Position numbers and translations under genes: made by a program | In this document: positions 1 to 13,987 of the stretch, piece by piece | Numbering within the stretch: position 1 is the stretch's first letter | Layout: every line of letters begins with the position of its first letter | Assembly (NCBI GenBank): GCA_012295275.1 | Contig: CM022671.1 | Coordinates: 9,486,001-9,550,000, forward strand | Reading direction: 5' to 3' | DNA: 64,000 bases | From: Chrysomallon squamiferum | Lineage: Eukaryota; Animalia; Mollusca | The notes under the pieces: model-generated | Told to the model about the DNA's origin: nothing | The model's database searches: none | What the model saw: only the letters and a program-made list of their open reading frames with translations

Positions 1-3000
1 TGCATTATAAAGCACTACGTGTTGAAAAGTTTGTAAATACTGATCGGCGTTCGATGCTGCCATCTTGAGTTTCGATCGGAAGTTTTTAAACTTTCAAATC
101 AATTATTTTACGTCTATTTTCTGAACTTTTTATGATTTACACTGATAAGGATGGTTGCTCATATCACCAAACCGTGACTCCTGCGCCTTTCCTAAAATAA
201 ATAAAATAAATAAATAAAATTAAATGGAAAAAAAAAAAAATGAAATAAACATTTTACAAAGATTTAACAAATAATAATAACACGTTAAATAATGCAAAAA
301 TAAACGAAACTGGTTATTTAAAATATAATAAGCTGGTTCTGTCTGCTACAAAACATTAAATAGAATTAGTTGTTTTTATCTAAAAATGAGCAAATCTAAT
401 TTACCGTCACATAGCATATGCAAGAAGTAACCTATTTCAGAAATTCGTGTCTAAGGGAAATAAATCTATTTAACACGTTGGTAAATATACAAAAAAGACT
501 GTGTTTGAGTAAAATTTAAAAAACCCCAGAAATTTGTTGTTGTTGTTTCAATAAACGAGAAAGACTAAGAAGAAACGAAAGATTACTAGTGACATATTAA
601 GTCTCCTGAATTTTCTAATTTCACTAAATGATTTTTTTTAAACCTATATATTATATGTTTATTTCTATTTAATGTAACTGTTTCTTTATAATAAATATAT
701 GCCTGAAATAATCATTTTATTTCCTTTCTTAATCTTTTCTTTCTCCCTTGTTTCAGTATTTTTTCTTAATTATTATTTTATTTATCATTTTATGTAGTAT
801 TATTGCAATTATTGTTGGGGTTTTTTTTGTCGTTAATGTTATTATGTCAGATAGTATTACTGAAACAATAGATAGTATTACTGATAGAAAGAAACAATTA
901 TCTACATATAGACAGACAGATTCACGCACACACACACACACATAGAAAAGAAAAAGTTTGGCTTAGAGGGTAGGTAGATAAGCTGATATCAGTGAGATGT
1001 TGTTTATGTATGTAGTTAAATAATAGATATACTGAAGATAGCATTTTACATTTCACAGGCAAATGAACTTGTAAGAAAATGTTTGTACCTGAGTTGTATT
1101 ATCACATTAACTTCGCTTTTCACAGCTTTTCTTTTATTGGTCATTTTAATTACTCAGTCCAGTTTTGGCTTTTTTCTCTGTCTATCTGTATGGCTGCCTG
1201 TCTGTCTGTCTCTCTACCGATCGATTTATCTGTCTGTCTGTCTGACTGTCCATCTACCTCTCTACCTCTCAGATGATAGTGGTAAGTATAGGTGTCGCTG
1301 TAATTAACAACTTCAGTAATTTTGTAATGAACCTGAACGATACTATTTACGGTTTACCTGACTAAATCCAGACCTGAAATGATATTCAGTATGTCTGAAA
1401 TTTTGAGTGAACTCCCTAGTTTTAATGTCTGTGATGTTGTAGACAGATATATTCAAATGCAGAACATATGACTTAGACAGATATTAGTACACGCCTGGTG
1501 CTATTAATCACTTGTGATGAGATGTATATTTGGTGAACGATTCGTCAGCCTCTTTTCTCTTTTCGAGTACATCTCCATCATCCGCTCCCTCTCCTCTTTA
1601 TTTCCCTTTGTTTGAAAGGTGCTGACTTTACAAAGCAGTTCTGGTCGTTACTTATAAATGCTATTAAAAAACATACAAGAAGTAGAGAAAGACATGATGC
1701 TTGAATTATTTTCATTATAACGGAAGCTATAAATATTTATTAAAATGAAATTGTTTACTTTGTAATTCAAGGTCTTGTATAAGTGTTTACAATTCATTTA
1801 TTGTATGAAAACCACAAGAATTTATTTCCCACTAACGTTTAGTGCTATCAAAAAATCAATCAATCAATCAATCAATCCAAATAAAAAATCTAAAAAAAAA
1901 TCATTAAAAAAAATAAATAATAATAAATAAATAAAAACAAACAACAATGAACAAAGAAATTTTGTTCTACTGGTTTTAACATTTTAACTTGTAACTTGTT
2001 ACTACTAGTATATATATTTTTGCTTATAACATTATTACTCATGGCATTAACATTCTTGCTTGTCATATTTTAGTAATAATATTTATAGCTTTATTCCCTG
2101 GTGTTAATGTTACTACAAAGACATTAACACCAGAATTAACATTTTTACTTGTGGCATGTTACTACTATTAACATCTTTATTTCCTACATGTTTGTACTAG
2201 TATTAATATTTTTACTTGTTACAGTATACCATTTATATTAACATTTTTACTTGTTACATTTTACCATTTGTATTAACATTTTTACTTGTTACCTGTTATT
2301 GCTAGTAATAGTAGTTTTACTTGTTGTATGTCAATGTTTTTCCTAACATCTTGACTTTAGTTTCTTGTTATTGACCTCTCAGCAACAATTCGATTGTTGA
2401 CATTTTACTTTTCTTTTCTTTTTTTCTTTTTTTCTGGGGATGTGTTAATATATTAATCTTGTTTATTACAGATAATATAGATAACAATTCAACATATCTG
2501 CATTAATGATCTACTGATTATGATTACTTCATACCAACATGTGAGTCGACTCAGACAAGTCAGACATGATTTTGGTGATGTGGTGTCTTCTGTTTTTAAT
2601 TTTATTTTAGAGTTATTTATTTGTTACATTATTATTTGGAAGGAAACAAGAAAAAGAAGAATAAAGCAACGTTAATAATAATACCAGCAATACGGTGGTA
2701 GTAGTGTAGTTTTGCTGAGGAAAGATACATAAGCAGCGCAGAGGCTAATACAAACAGACGTGTACAGAGAAAGAGGGCTGACAGAACCATATACATATTG
2801 AACTAAGACATGTTTATTTTAGCATTTTCAGTTGTATACAACAAACTAACTAGACAGAGGGAGACAAAATGGGGTAGAACACATCAAAGGCAGTAATAGC
2901 AGAACATTGTCATAATGTGTCAGTTTTAAACTTCTTATTCTGTTTTATTATCACTGAATCAAAGAAAGATTAATAATGCAACTGTACCATTTATTTTTAC

Positions 3001-3120
3001 AGAATAGGTTTGATACATATCAGTTGGAAAGACATTACAGCATACCTTCTCAAGTTTTGTATTCTAATACTTGTCAGAATAGAACAATGGTAAAATATTT
3101 TATACATCAATTTAAAGTTT

Positions 3121-3195
<75 letters not shown>

Positions 3196-3949
3196 TCATA
3201 GCATCGAGTACTTACATTTGTTAACACTATATTACTGTTCCCGTTTAGTTTTTAGAAAGATATTACAACATAGGTGGTAAAGTGTAATACTTTGATTGTT
3301 ACTACTTTATTAATAGTTTTACTTGAGATACTGTTCATATTTTAATGTATACTAATATTACCATTTGTTATTAATGTTACTGTTGATGTTAACAGGTTTC
3401 ATTACTATATGCTACTACTACAGTTATTAACATTATTACTTTCTACATGTTACTTCTAATATTATCAGTTTTACTATGTGTTACTTAAAAAAGGAAATAT
3501 TTTGTATATAACGTATTATGCTAATAGATGAATACTTTTCTGCAGCTTCATAAGGCAAGGTTAATATCACCTCTCAACCGCCGTAAAATACAATGAAAAG
3601 TATTTGGATAACTTTTAAATATTCTCTTTTTTCTAATTAACAATATTACAGTTATTCACATGTAATTCTATTAACTACAGCATAAATTAAATTGATAACT
3701 TCGGGTGATCGGCCAATCAAAGATTTTTCTCTGCCACATAAAGCCTAATCGAATAATTAAAAATAAAGTATCTGGAAACTAAAAGAAGCTGATATTAACA
3801 CGTACAACGTTACTGTTTTAATTATTTAAAAACAAAACAAAACAAAAATTATTATTATTACTTTTATTTATCTTTTTTAAGGGGGCTTTCGTATAAATAT
3901 CTGAAGATTCTGAAAATATTTTAAAACAAATCTTTGTTTCTATTGCAAA

Positions 3950-4079
3950 GCTGAGCTGGATCGTCAACTTTGTTAATCCTTTATTGTTTATTCTAAGGTC
4001 AACAGCGCTGATTATAGAATAAACAATAAAGGATTAACAAAGATGACGATCCAACTCAGCGCTGATTATAGAATAAACA
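3950..4079. repeat. 46-bp near-perfect inverted repeat (foldback) with 19-nt loop, plus overlapping 23-bp direct repeat
   Basis: Arms 3950-3995 and 4015-4060 are reverse complements with 2 mismatches. cagcgctgattatagaataaaca occurs at 4003-4025 and 4057-4079. Confidence 0.95.
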
Positions 4080-4769
4080 GTTTCAGCTATAAATAACGTT
4101 GTTATATTTTACTTTTTTATATATTTTTTTTAATGCCATACATAAAAGGAAATTAGCAGGTAATTTCTTTTTGTCATTCACAATTTATTCCTTTTAAGTG
4201 ACACATGTATTCGGAATCAATCGTTATTTTCCGACTGCCAACGCTGTCGCATTTTACGGCATCTAAAATAATATTATTTTTGTCGTGTTTTCTGATAGTG
4301 TAAGCCTAATGACGTAATCGAGACCATATCATGTATCTGAAAAATATCGGATTCAAAACAAATTTTTTTTTTTTTTTTTTATTAAAATTAACATTTAAAA
4401 ATAATAATAATTTAAAAAAGAAAAAAAAAAGAAGAAAGAAACTAAAATGAATAATGGTATAAAAAAGTGTTATTGTATTTTTAATATGCCCGATGATCAA
4501 TACATTTTATATTGTTTATTTACTGTAATGCAAAACATGATGAGTTTTTAGGAAAATATTACCAAGAACGGCAATTCACTTTTTTTTTAAAATGATTCTT
4601 TCTTTTTGTTATTTATTGATTTATTGATTTATTATTTTATTTATTTTTAGTTTTTTAGGAAGCTAACAAATGATTTTAAAAAAATTAAAAATACAAATAT
4701 ATATATATATGTGTGTGTTAGTAGTTCAAACTGGTGACCGTTTTTTAAATTTATTTATTTATTTATTTA

Positions 4770-4815
<46 letters not shown>

Positions 4816-5666
4816 TTATTATTATTTTTTTTTTATTATTTTTGTAAACAAGGGGATAAATAATTTTTTTTTCTTTCTCTTTTTTTTTTTTTTTTTTTTT
4901 CACTTCGGCTTAACTTCTTATAATAATCATGGGTACAGCTGAACTGATATCACTGTTCTGAACTTTTGATTGGATTGTAAAAAAGGTTAACACAATGGGC
5001 CACTATTTGATACAGCTTTAAATGTAATTAGCGAAGCTTCTTAATTAAATCTCCATAGAGACCTGGCCATTGGCTTGGCCTGAGAGTTGTTTGTCACCTT
5101 GTGACATTGTTCATTTTCAAAGTGACAGTTGAACTGATAAGACAGTTTTACCAGATAGTCAATTTTAACCCCAAAATATGATAAATTATTAACTTTTTTA
5201 TTTTTTTTCAAAACTAAGTTGAAAAATATGAAAACATTCATAACTGTAGGTAAGTAACTTTGCGATTAATTACAATTAATTAAATTTTGTACTTTGGTAA
5301 TAATCATACTTTTTTTTATTTCTTCTCTATATTACAAGATAGACAGCAGTTTTTAATTTGGAAATATTGTCTAAATTTCAAGACATCGGCCATTTTGTAT
5401 TTTGATATTTTATCATCAGTTTTTCAGAATTTTAGTTTAAACTAAGTAATTACCGAGTTCAGAAAAATTGACAGGTGAATGATACTTATCCTAAAATATC
5501 AGTTCATCATCCTAAAGATTTTTATAGTGTAATTATAATCTAGTTTTGCAGTATAACTCTGGTTTAAACTTTACATGTATAGCTGAAAAACATTTCAAGC
5601 TGCATTTATTTACTTCAAATGGACATTTTATAACTAATTGATTTTGTGTTTTTAGTCTTATTGCAG

Positions 5667-6185
5667 AAATAAAAAACAACTTCAGAGCAGCAAAATGAAG
5701 AAATGGCTCATGAAAGCTTCTGGAAATGCAGATTTAATACTGCACAGGCTCTGTCATGAGTAAATCATGTAATAACATATGATTTCTATTTTGTATTACA
5801 TTAATATCCAACATATTTTTTTCAAGCTGAACAATATTATAAAATATAATAAAATAAAATGAATAATTACTGGGTAATTGAATGAAGTCAGTAATATTTA
5901 TAAAATGATTTGTATTTTTATAATATATTTTAAAGATGGAGAAAATGCTTTTAATTTATTTATATTTTAATTTTAGAATTGTTGCAATTTGCTAATAATT
6001 GTTATACTTACAATAAGAATATTTTTCTTTTGCTAGTTATTTTAAGGATTGAAGACAATCATTTGAATGCCATCAACAAAAAAGAATGCATGCAGGCAGA
6101 GAATACAAGAAAAGAAAAGTGGAAGAAAAAGGACATTATCAAAACTTGTGACTTGAGATTCATTGATTCATTTCTGTATGGCTCT
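5667..6185 (+). CDS. Two candidate exons (5667-5759, 6047-6185) of an unknown gene; may be non-coding
   Basis: Boundaries ttgcag|...ga|gtaaat and tttaag|...tct|gtaagt. From ATG 5695 they splice in frame: MKKWLMKASGNADLILHRLCHE-IEDNHLNAINKKECMQAENTRKEKW...FLYGS. Diverged copies lie at ~21785-21858 and 22515-22639. No family recognised. Confidence 0.3.
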
Positions 6186-7954
6186 GTAAGTGAACAAATA
6201 TATTTTTGGTTAGAACAGTGAATTTTATAATATTAGTATTGTCATGTATCAACTTTACTTTATTTTTATTTTTTTAAATTTAAAAAAAAAAAAATGTTCT
6301 CTTTTATTTTTAACTTTTTATCACCTGAATGTTTGTGTAAGCTCACACTGTTTTTTCATCTGGAACTGTCAGTCTGAAAGCCATTGTGTCAGAATACAGA
6401 CTGATTTAAGGGTTCCTTACCCTGGATGATAGCCAATGGCTAATCAGTTATTTGACATTTAGCTTAGACACCTCTATTACATTTAATATTCTTGAGGGTC
6501 TTGCACTGGAATGATATTTATTTATATAAAAATGAACTTTTCACGAGATTTAAACTTGGTAATAGGCACAGATGGGAGAAACAATTTCAGAATTTTATAA
6601 AAAGTTTATATTGATCTCCAGCCTTAAACAGATATATTATAAACATAGATAAAATAATATGGAGAACTTCAGAATTATATACATGCATCACACAAGAGTG
6701 ATGTGTCATCAGTCTAGTTTCTCTCATTTCCTCTTTCTAATTTCATTGTGAATGCTGATGATTTTTTATTTTATATTTTAAATATTTTAAATTTTATTTT
6801 ATTTTATTTTAATTTTTTTATTTTTCTCTAAACATTATTTTATTTATTAATTTAATTTTTCATCAGATATTTACTTGTCTATTTTAATTCTGTGTCCCAG
6901 GATTCCAGTAAAGGGCCCCTATTGATTTCCCAGAACATAGTTTGAAATAGGATATTATAATCTTTAAGATTATTTAAGCTATTGATTAAAGTAAAGAAAT
7001 ATCTGATATGAGAGATACTTTATGGTTTCACAGTTTCTAGCAATAAACATCAGGAATAACCAGTTTAATCACTGCATAACATAGGAATAACCAATACAGT
7101 GGCATATCCAGATATAAAATAAGGGTTGGTGGTGGCTGAATTGTTTCCCAAAGATGCACATGTTTTGCCAAGTTGTGATTTAAAGTAACAATTGAAACTT
7201 TTTCTCTTTCTATTGAATGTTAGATCAGTTAGATTGTCACAAACACTTTGGGTATGCACCAATAACTGGTAGCAAAGTCAGTATGTTAATGTGATTTATG
7301 TGGCAAAAGTAATGAAAGAAGAAAAAAAAAGAACAGGAACTGCAGGTGATTCATTAATTAGTCAAGCAGTAAGGACTCAGCATGTGGTGTGGTGCAAAGC
7401 CACACAACTGGTTTCAATGCATGTGTCATATCCAAGAAATGTAGGCAGATAGATACTATTTCTCACCTGAAATATCACAGGCTTCTTTTCATTGTACTTT
7501 CAGCTATGAAAAGTACATTATACATCAGGTTTCCAGCAGCTGTAATTAAAATACAACAAATTTCAGTTGGAAAAAATGATGTCAATAAGTTGTTTTGTGT
7601 TGTACATTGGCAACACTGTTATGGTTAAGATGAAATTATTAAATGTCACAGATACAAATAACTTATAGGTGTCTGTGACATAATGTTTAATGTATTTTGA
7701 GTGACTTAGTTAATTTCATAAAATTCAATCATTATATTTGGAATGAACGTTAAAAAGAAAAAGAAAAGTAAAAAGAAAAGAAGCAAATTCACCTCCACTG
7801 GATCAGCCACTGTAATTTATTCTATTTCATCAAATGTTGTAATGGTGTCAACTGTAAAATAACCAATTTATATCAAAGTGCCAAGCTTACCTCGCTCTAT
7901 GTCATTTCAGTCTATGTCAAATTCATCCTTGACTCACGTGGTCAAAAAATTAAA

Positions 7955-10900
7955 TATGTATTGTTGTTGGACATCCACTATATGTCTGCTGTTGTTGTAG
8001 TAGTAAAATACTAGGGATACCCATTTTTATTGTTATCAGACATCCACTATATGTCTGCTGTTGTTGTAGTGTTAAAACACTAATGATACCCATATTTATT
8101 GTTGTCAGACATCCACTACATGTCTGCTGTTGTTGTAGTGGTAAAACACTAGGGATACCCATATTTATTGTTTCAGACATCCTCTACATGTCTGCTGTTG
8201 TTGTAGTGTTAAAACACTAGTAATACCCATATTTATTGTTGTCAGACATCCACTATATGTCTGCTGTTGTTGTAGTGGTAAATCACTAGGGATACCCATA
8301 TTTATTGTTGTCAGACATCCTCTACATGTCTGCTGTTGTTGTGGTGGTAAAATACTAGGAATACTCATTTTTATTGTTGTCAGACATCCTCTACATGTCT
8401 GCTGTTGTTGTAGTGGTAAAACACTAGGGATAACCATATTTATTGTTGTGTCAGACATCTACTATATGTCTGCTATTGTTGTAGTGTTAAAACACTAATG
8501 TTACCCATATTTATTGTTGTCAGACATCCACTATATGTCTGCTGTTGTTGTAGTGGTAAAACATTAGGGATACCCATATTTATTGTTTCAGACATCAACT
8601 ACATGTCTGCTGTTGTTGTAGTGGTAAAACACTAATGTTACCCATATTTATTGTTGTCAGACATCCTCTACATGTCTGCTGTTGTTGTAGTGGTAAAACA
8701 CTAGGGATACCCATTTTATTGTTATCAGACATCATCTACATATCTGCTGTTGTTGTAGTGTTAAAACACTAGGGATACCCATTTTTATTGTTATCAGACA
8801 TCCACTACATGTCTGCTGTTGTTGTAGTGGTAAAACACTAGGGATACCCATATTTATTGTTGTCAGACATCCACTACATGAATCCTGTTGTTGTTGTGGT
8901 AAAACACTAGGGATACCATATTTATTGTTGTCAGACATCCACTACATGTCTGCTGTTGTTGTAGTGTTAAAACACTAGGGATACCCATTTTATTGTTATC
9001 AGACATCATCTACATGTCTGCTGTTGTTGTAGTGTTAAAACACTAATGATACCCATATTTATTGTTGTCAGACATCCTCTACATGTCTGCTGTTGTTGTA
9101 GTGGTAAAACACTAATGATACCCATATTTATTGTTGTCAGACATCCTCTACATGTCTGCTGTTGTTGTAGTGTTAAAACACTAGGGATACCCATTTTTAT
9201 TGTTATCAGACATCATCTACATGTCTGCTGTTGTTGTAGTGGTAAAACACTAATGATACCCATATTTATTGTTGTCAGACATCCACTACATGTCTGCTGT
9301 TGTTGTAGTGGTAAAACACTAGGGATACCCATATTTATTGCAGTTGTCAGAGATTGACAACATATCCACTGTTGTTGTAGTGGTAAAACACTAGGGATAC
9401 CCATTTTCATTGTTATCAGACATCATCTACATGTCTGCTGTTGTTGTAGTGTTAAAACACTAATGTTACCCTTATTTATTGTTGTCAGACATCCACTACA
9501 TGTCTGCTGTTGTTGTAGTGGTAAAACACTAGGGATACCCATTTTTATTGTTATCAGACATCATCTACATGTCTGCTGTTGTTGTAGTGGTAAAACACTA
9601 ATGATACCCATATTTATTGTTGTCAGACATCCACTACATGTCTGCTGTTGTTGTAGTGGTAAAACACTAGGGATACCCATTTTTATTGTTATCAGACATC
9701 ATCTACATGTCTGCTGTTGTTGTAGTGTTAAAACACTAATGTTACCCATATTTATTGTTGTCAGACATCCACTATATGTCTGCTGTTGTTGTAGTGGTGA
9801 AACACTAGGGATACCCATATTTATTGTTAGACATCCTCCACATGTCTGCTGTTGTTGTAGTGGTAAAACACTAGGGATACCCATTTATATTGTTATCAGA
9901 CATCCACTATATGTCTGCTGTTGTTGTAGTGTTAAAACACTAATGATACCCATATTTATTATTGTCAGACATCCTCTACATGTCTGCTGTTGTTGTAGTG
10001 GTAAAACACTAGGGATACCCATTTTTATTGTTATCAGACATCCTCTGCATGTCTGCTGCTGTTGTAGTGGTAAAACACTAGGGATACCCATTTTTATTGT
10101 TGTCAGACATCCTCTACATGTCTGCTGTTGTTGTAGTGGTAAAACACTAGGGATACCCATTTTTATTGTTGTCAGACATCCTCTACATGTCTGCTGTTGT
10201 TGTAGTGGTAAAACACTAATGATACCCATATTTATTGTTTCAGACATCCTCTACATGTCTGCTGTTGTTGTAGTGGTAAAACACTAGGGATACCCATTTT
10301 TATTGTTATCAGACATCATGTACATGTCTGCTGTTGTTGTAGTGTTAAAACACTAGGGATACCCATTTTCACTGTTATCAGACATCATCTACATGTCTGC
10401 TGTTGTTGTAGTGTTAAAACACTAATGTTACCCATATTTATTGTTGTCAGACATCCACTACATGTCTGCTGTTGTTGTAGTGTTAAAACACTAGGGATAC
10501 CCATATTTATTGTTTCAGACATCAACTACATGTCTGCTGTTGTTGTAGTGGTAAAACACTAGGGATACCCATTTTTATTGTTATCAGACATCCTCTGCAT
10601 GTCTGCTGCTGTTGTAGTGGTAAAACACTAGGGATACCCATTTTTATTGTTGTCAGACATCCTCTACATGTCTGCTGTTGTTGTAGTGGTAAAACACTAA
10701 TGTTACCCATATTTATTGTTGTCAGACATCCACTATATGTCTGCTGTTGTTGTAGTGGTAAAACACTAGGGATACCCATTTTTATTGTTGTCAGACATCC
10801 TCTACATGTCTGCTGTTGTTGTAGTGGTAAAACACTAATGATACCCATATTTATTGTTTCAGACATCCTCTACATGTCTGCTGTTGTTGTAGTGGTAAAA

Positions 10901-13036
10901 CACTAGGGATACCCATTTTTATTGTTATCAGACATCATGTACATGTCTGCTGTTGTTGTAGTGTTAAAACACTAGGGATACCCATTTTCACTGTTATCAG
11001 ACATCATCTACATGTCTGCTGTTGTTGTAGTGTTAAAACACTAATGTTACCCTTATTTATTGTTGTCAGACATCCACTACATGTCTGCTGTTGTTGTAGT
11101 GTTAAAACACTAGGGATACCCATATTTATTGTTTCAGACATCAACTACATGTCTGCTGTTGTTGTAGTGGTAAAACACTAGGGATACCCATTTTTATTGT
11201 TATCAGACATCCTCTGCATGTCTGCTGCTGTTGTAGTGGTAAAACACTAGGGATACCCATTTTTATTGTTATCAGACATCCTCTACATGTCTGTGTTGTT
11301 GTAGTGGTAAAACACTAATGTTACCCATATTTATTGTTGTCAGACATCCACTATATGTCTGCTGTTGTTGTAGTGGTAAAACATTAGGGATACCCATTTT
11401 TATTGTTATCACACATCATGTACATGTCTGCTGTTGTTGTAGTGTTAAAACACTAGGGATACCCATTTTCACTGTTATCAGACATCATCTACATGTCTGC
11501 TGTTGTTGTAGTGTTAAAACACTAATGTTACCCTTATTTATTGTTGTGAGACATCCACTACATGTCTGCTGTTGTTGTAGTGTTAAAACACTAGGGATAC
11601 CCATATTTATTGTTTCAGACATCACCTACATGTCTGCTGTTGTTGTAGTGGTAAAACACTAGTGATACCCATATTTATTGTTGTCAGACATCCTCTACAT
11701 GTCTGCTGTTGTTGTAGTGGTAAAACACTAGGGATACCCATTTTTATTGTTATCAGACATCATCTACATGTCTGCTGTTGTTGTAGTGTTAAAACACTAA
11801 TGTTACCCATATTTATTGTTGTCAGACATCCACTATATGTCTGCTGTTGTTGTAGTGGTGAAACACTAGGGATACCCATATTTATTGTTAGACATCCTCC
11901 ACATGTCTGCTGTTGTTGTAGTGGTAAAACACTAGGGATACCCATTTATATTGTTATCAGACATCCACTATATGTCTGCTGTTGTTGTAGTGTTAAAACA
12001 CTAATGATACCCATATTTATTATTGTCAGACATCCTCTACATGTCTGCTGTTGTTGTAGTGGTAAAACACTAGGGATACCCATATTTATTATTGTCAGAC
12101 ATCCTCTACATGTCTGCTGTTGTTGTAGTGGTAAAACACTAGGGATACCCATTTTTATTGTTATCAGACATTGTCTACATGTCTGCTGTTGTTGTAGTGG
12201 TAAAACACTAGGGATACCCATTTTTATTGTTGTCAGACATCCTCTGCATGTCTGCTGCTGTTGTAGTGGTAAAACACTAGGGATACCCATTTTTATTGTT
12301 GTCAGACATCCTCTACATGTCTGCTGTTGTTGTAGTGGTAAAACACTAGGGATACCCATATTTATTGTTGTCAGACATCCTCTACATGTCTGCTGTTGTT
12401 GTAGTGGTAAAACACTAGGGATACCCATTTTTATTGTTATCAGACATCATCTACATGTCTGCTGTTGTTGTAGTGTTAAAACACTAATGTTACCCATATT
12501 TATTGTTGTCAGACATCCACTATATGTCTGCTGTTGTTGTAGTGGTGAAACACTAGGGATACCCATATTTATTGTTAGACATCCTCCATATGTCTGCTGT
12601 TGTTGTAGTGGTAAAACACTAGGGATACCCATTTTTATTGTTATCAGACATTGTCTACATGTCTGCTGTTGTTGTAGTGTTAAAACCCTAATGATACCCA
12701 TTTTTATTGTTATCAGACATCCTCTACATGTCTGCTGTTGTTGTAGTGGTAAAACACTAGGGATACCCATTTTTATTGTTATCAGACATCCTCTGCATGT
12801 CTGCTGCTGTTGTAGTGGTAAAACACTAGGGATACCCATTTTTATTGTTGTCAGACATCCTCTACATGTCTGCTGTTGTTGTAGTGGTAAAACACTAGGG
12901 ATACCCATTTTTATTGTTGTCAGACATCCTCTACATGTCTGCTGTTGTTGTAGTGGTAAAACACTAGGGATACCCATTTTTATTGTTATCAGACATCCTC
13001 TACATGTCTGCTGTTGTTTTAGTGGTAAAACACTAG
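7955..13036. repeat. 69-bp tandem satellite/minisatellite, ~74 copies, with 68- and 66-bp variants
   Basis: Unit atacccatatttattgttgtcagacatccactacatgtctgctgttgttgtagtggtaaaacactaggg. The 23-aa periodicity in the ORF track (IPIFIVVRHPLHVCCCCSGKTLG) matches the unit length. Confidence 0.98.
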
Positions 13037-13499
13037 AACCAGTTAATGACATAGAGTGGGGTATATCTATTTCCTTTTTTCTTCTCAATACATTCTTTTC
13101 TTTTTTCTTTTTGTTCTCCCCATTCATTTCATACACCACATCATTCCAGCTGTTTATAACTGGAACTCAGCAATGTAATTTAATGACATTTTCTCAGTCA
13201 TCTTTGAGCATACATGATTAGGTATTCTCCATGTAATACTTCAACCAACATTCCCAGGCCAAGAACACTGGGTGGGTAGGTCCCATCAGGTGAGCAGATG
13301 TCACATCACCAGTATCATCATCCAGACGTCCTTGTCACTGAAGGACCCACCCCACAAGTCATCATACAGTCCTGTGTATGTCCATTTCACTCATGGTACC
13401 TTGATGCAGGACTGCTGTGTTCCCTGATCTCACTGATGTACCCATTGCAGAGTAGGGATCATCTCCACCATCCTGTCTGTTGGTAGATAGATGTCATGG

Positions 13500-13900
13500 T
13501 TACTAATATGTCTGTCAGTGTGTATGTGTACTAATATGTGTGTCAGTGTGTATATGTATACTATTATGTGTGTCAGTGTGTGTATGTTGTCTAATATGTG
13601 TGTCAGTGTATGATTGTTTATTAATGAGTTGGTGAATGTGTTGACTAATATTTTTGCAATGTGTGTTTGTCAGTGTGCATGTACTTATATGTAGCAGTGT
13701 GTTTATGTGTGTATACTAATATTTGTTAGTGTTTTTACTAATATGTAGAGTAGTTTGTTTGTAAATGTGTATACTAATGTGTGTATCAGTGTGTGTATCA
13801 AATCAAATGCATCAGTGTGTAATTACAGTGTGTTTGTGTTTTATCTAAAATGTGTGTCAGAAATATTAGTTGTTTACTAATATGTATGCCAGTATTTGTA
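13500..13900. repeat. Degenerate ~28-30-bp TG-rich minisatellite
   Basis: Recurrent ctaatatgtgtgtcagtgtgtatgtgta-like units. Confidence 0.8.
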
Positions 13901-13921
13901 TGTGTGAGCATATTTCTTATA

Positions 13922-13987
<66 letters not shown>

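Noticed and set aside
7955-13036. CRISPR-like array or hammerhead-ribozyme satellite
   Set aside because: No unique spacers, no cas genes, eukaryotic context, and no CUGAUGA/GAAA core.
7950-13221. Long Cys-rich (519 aa) and poly-Q ORFs on both strands
   Set aside because: By-product of a 69-bp (3n) satellite. Frequent 68-bp units break the frame and there is no unique coding flank.
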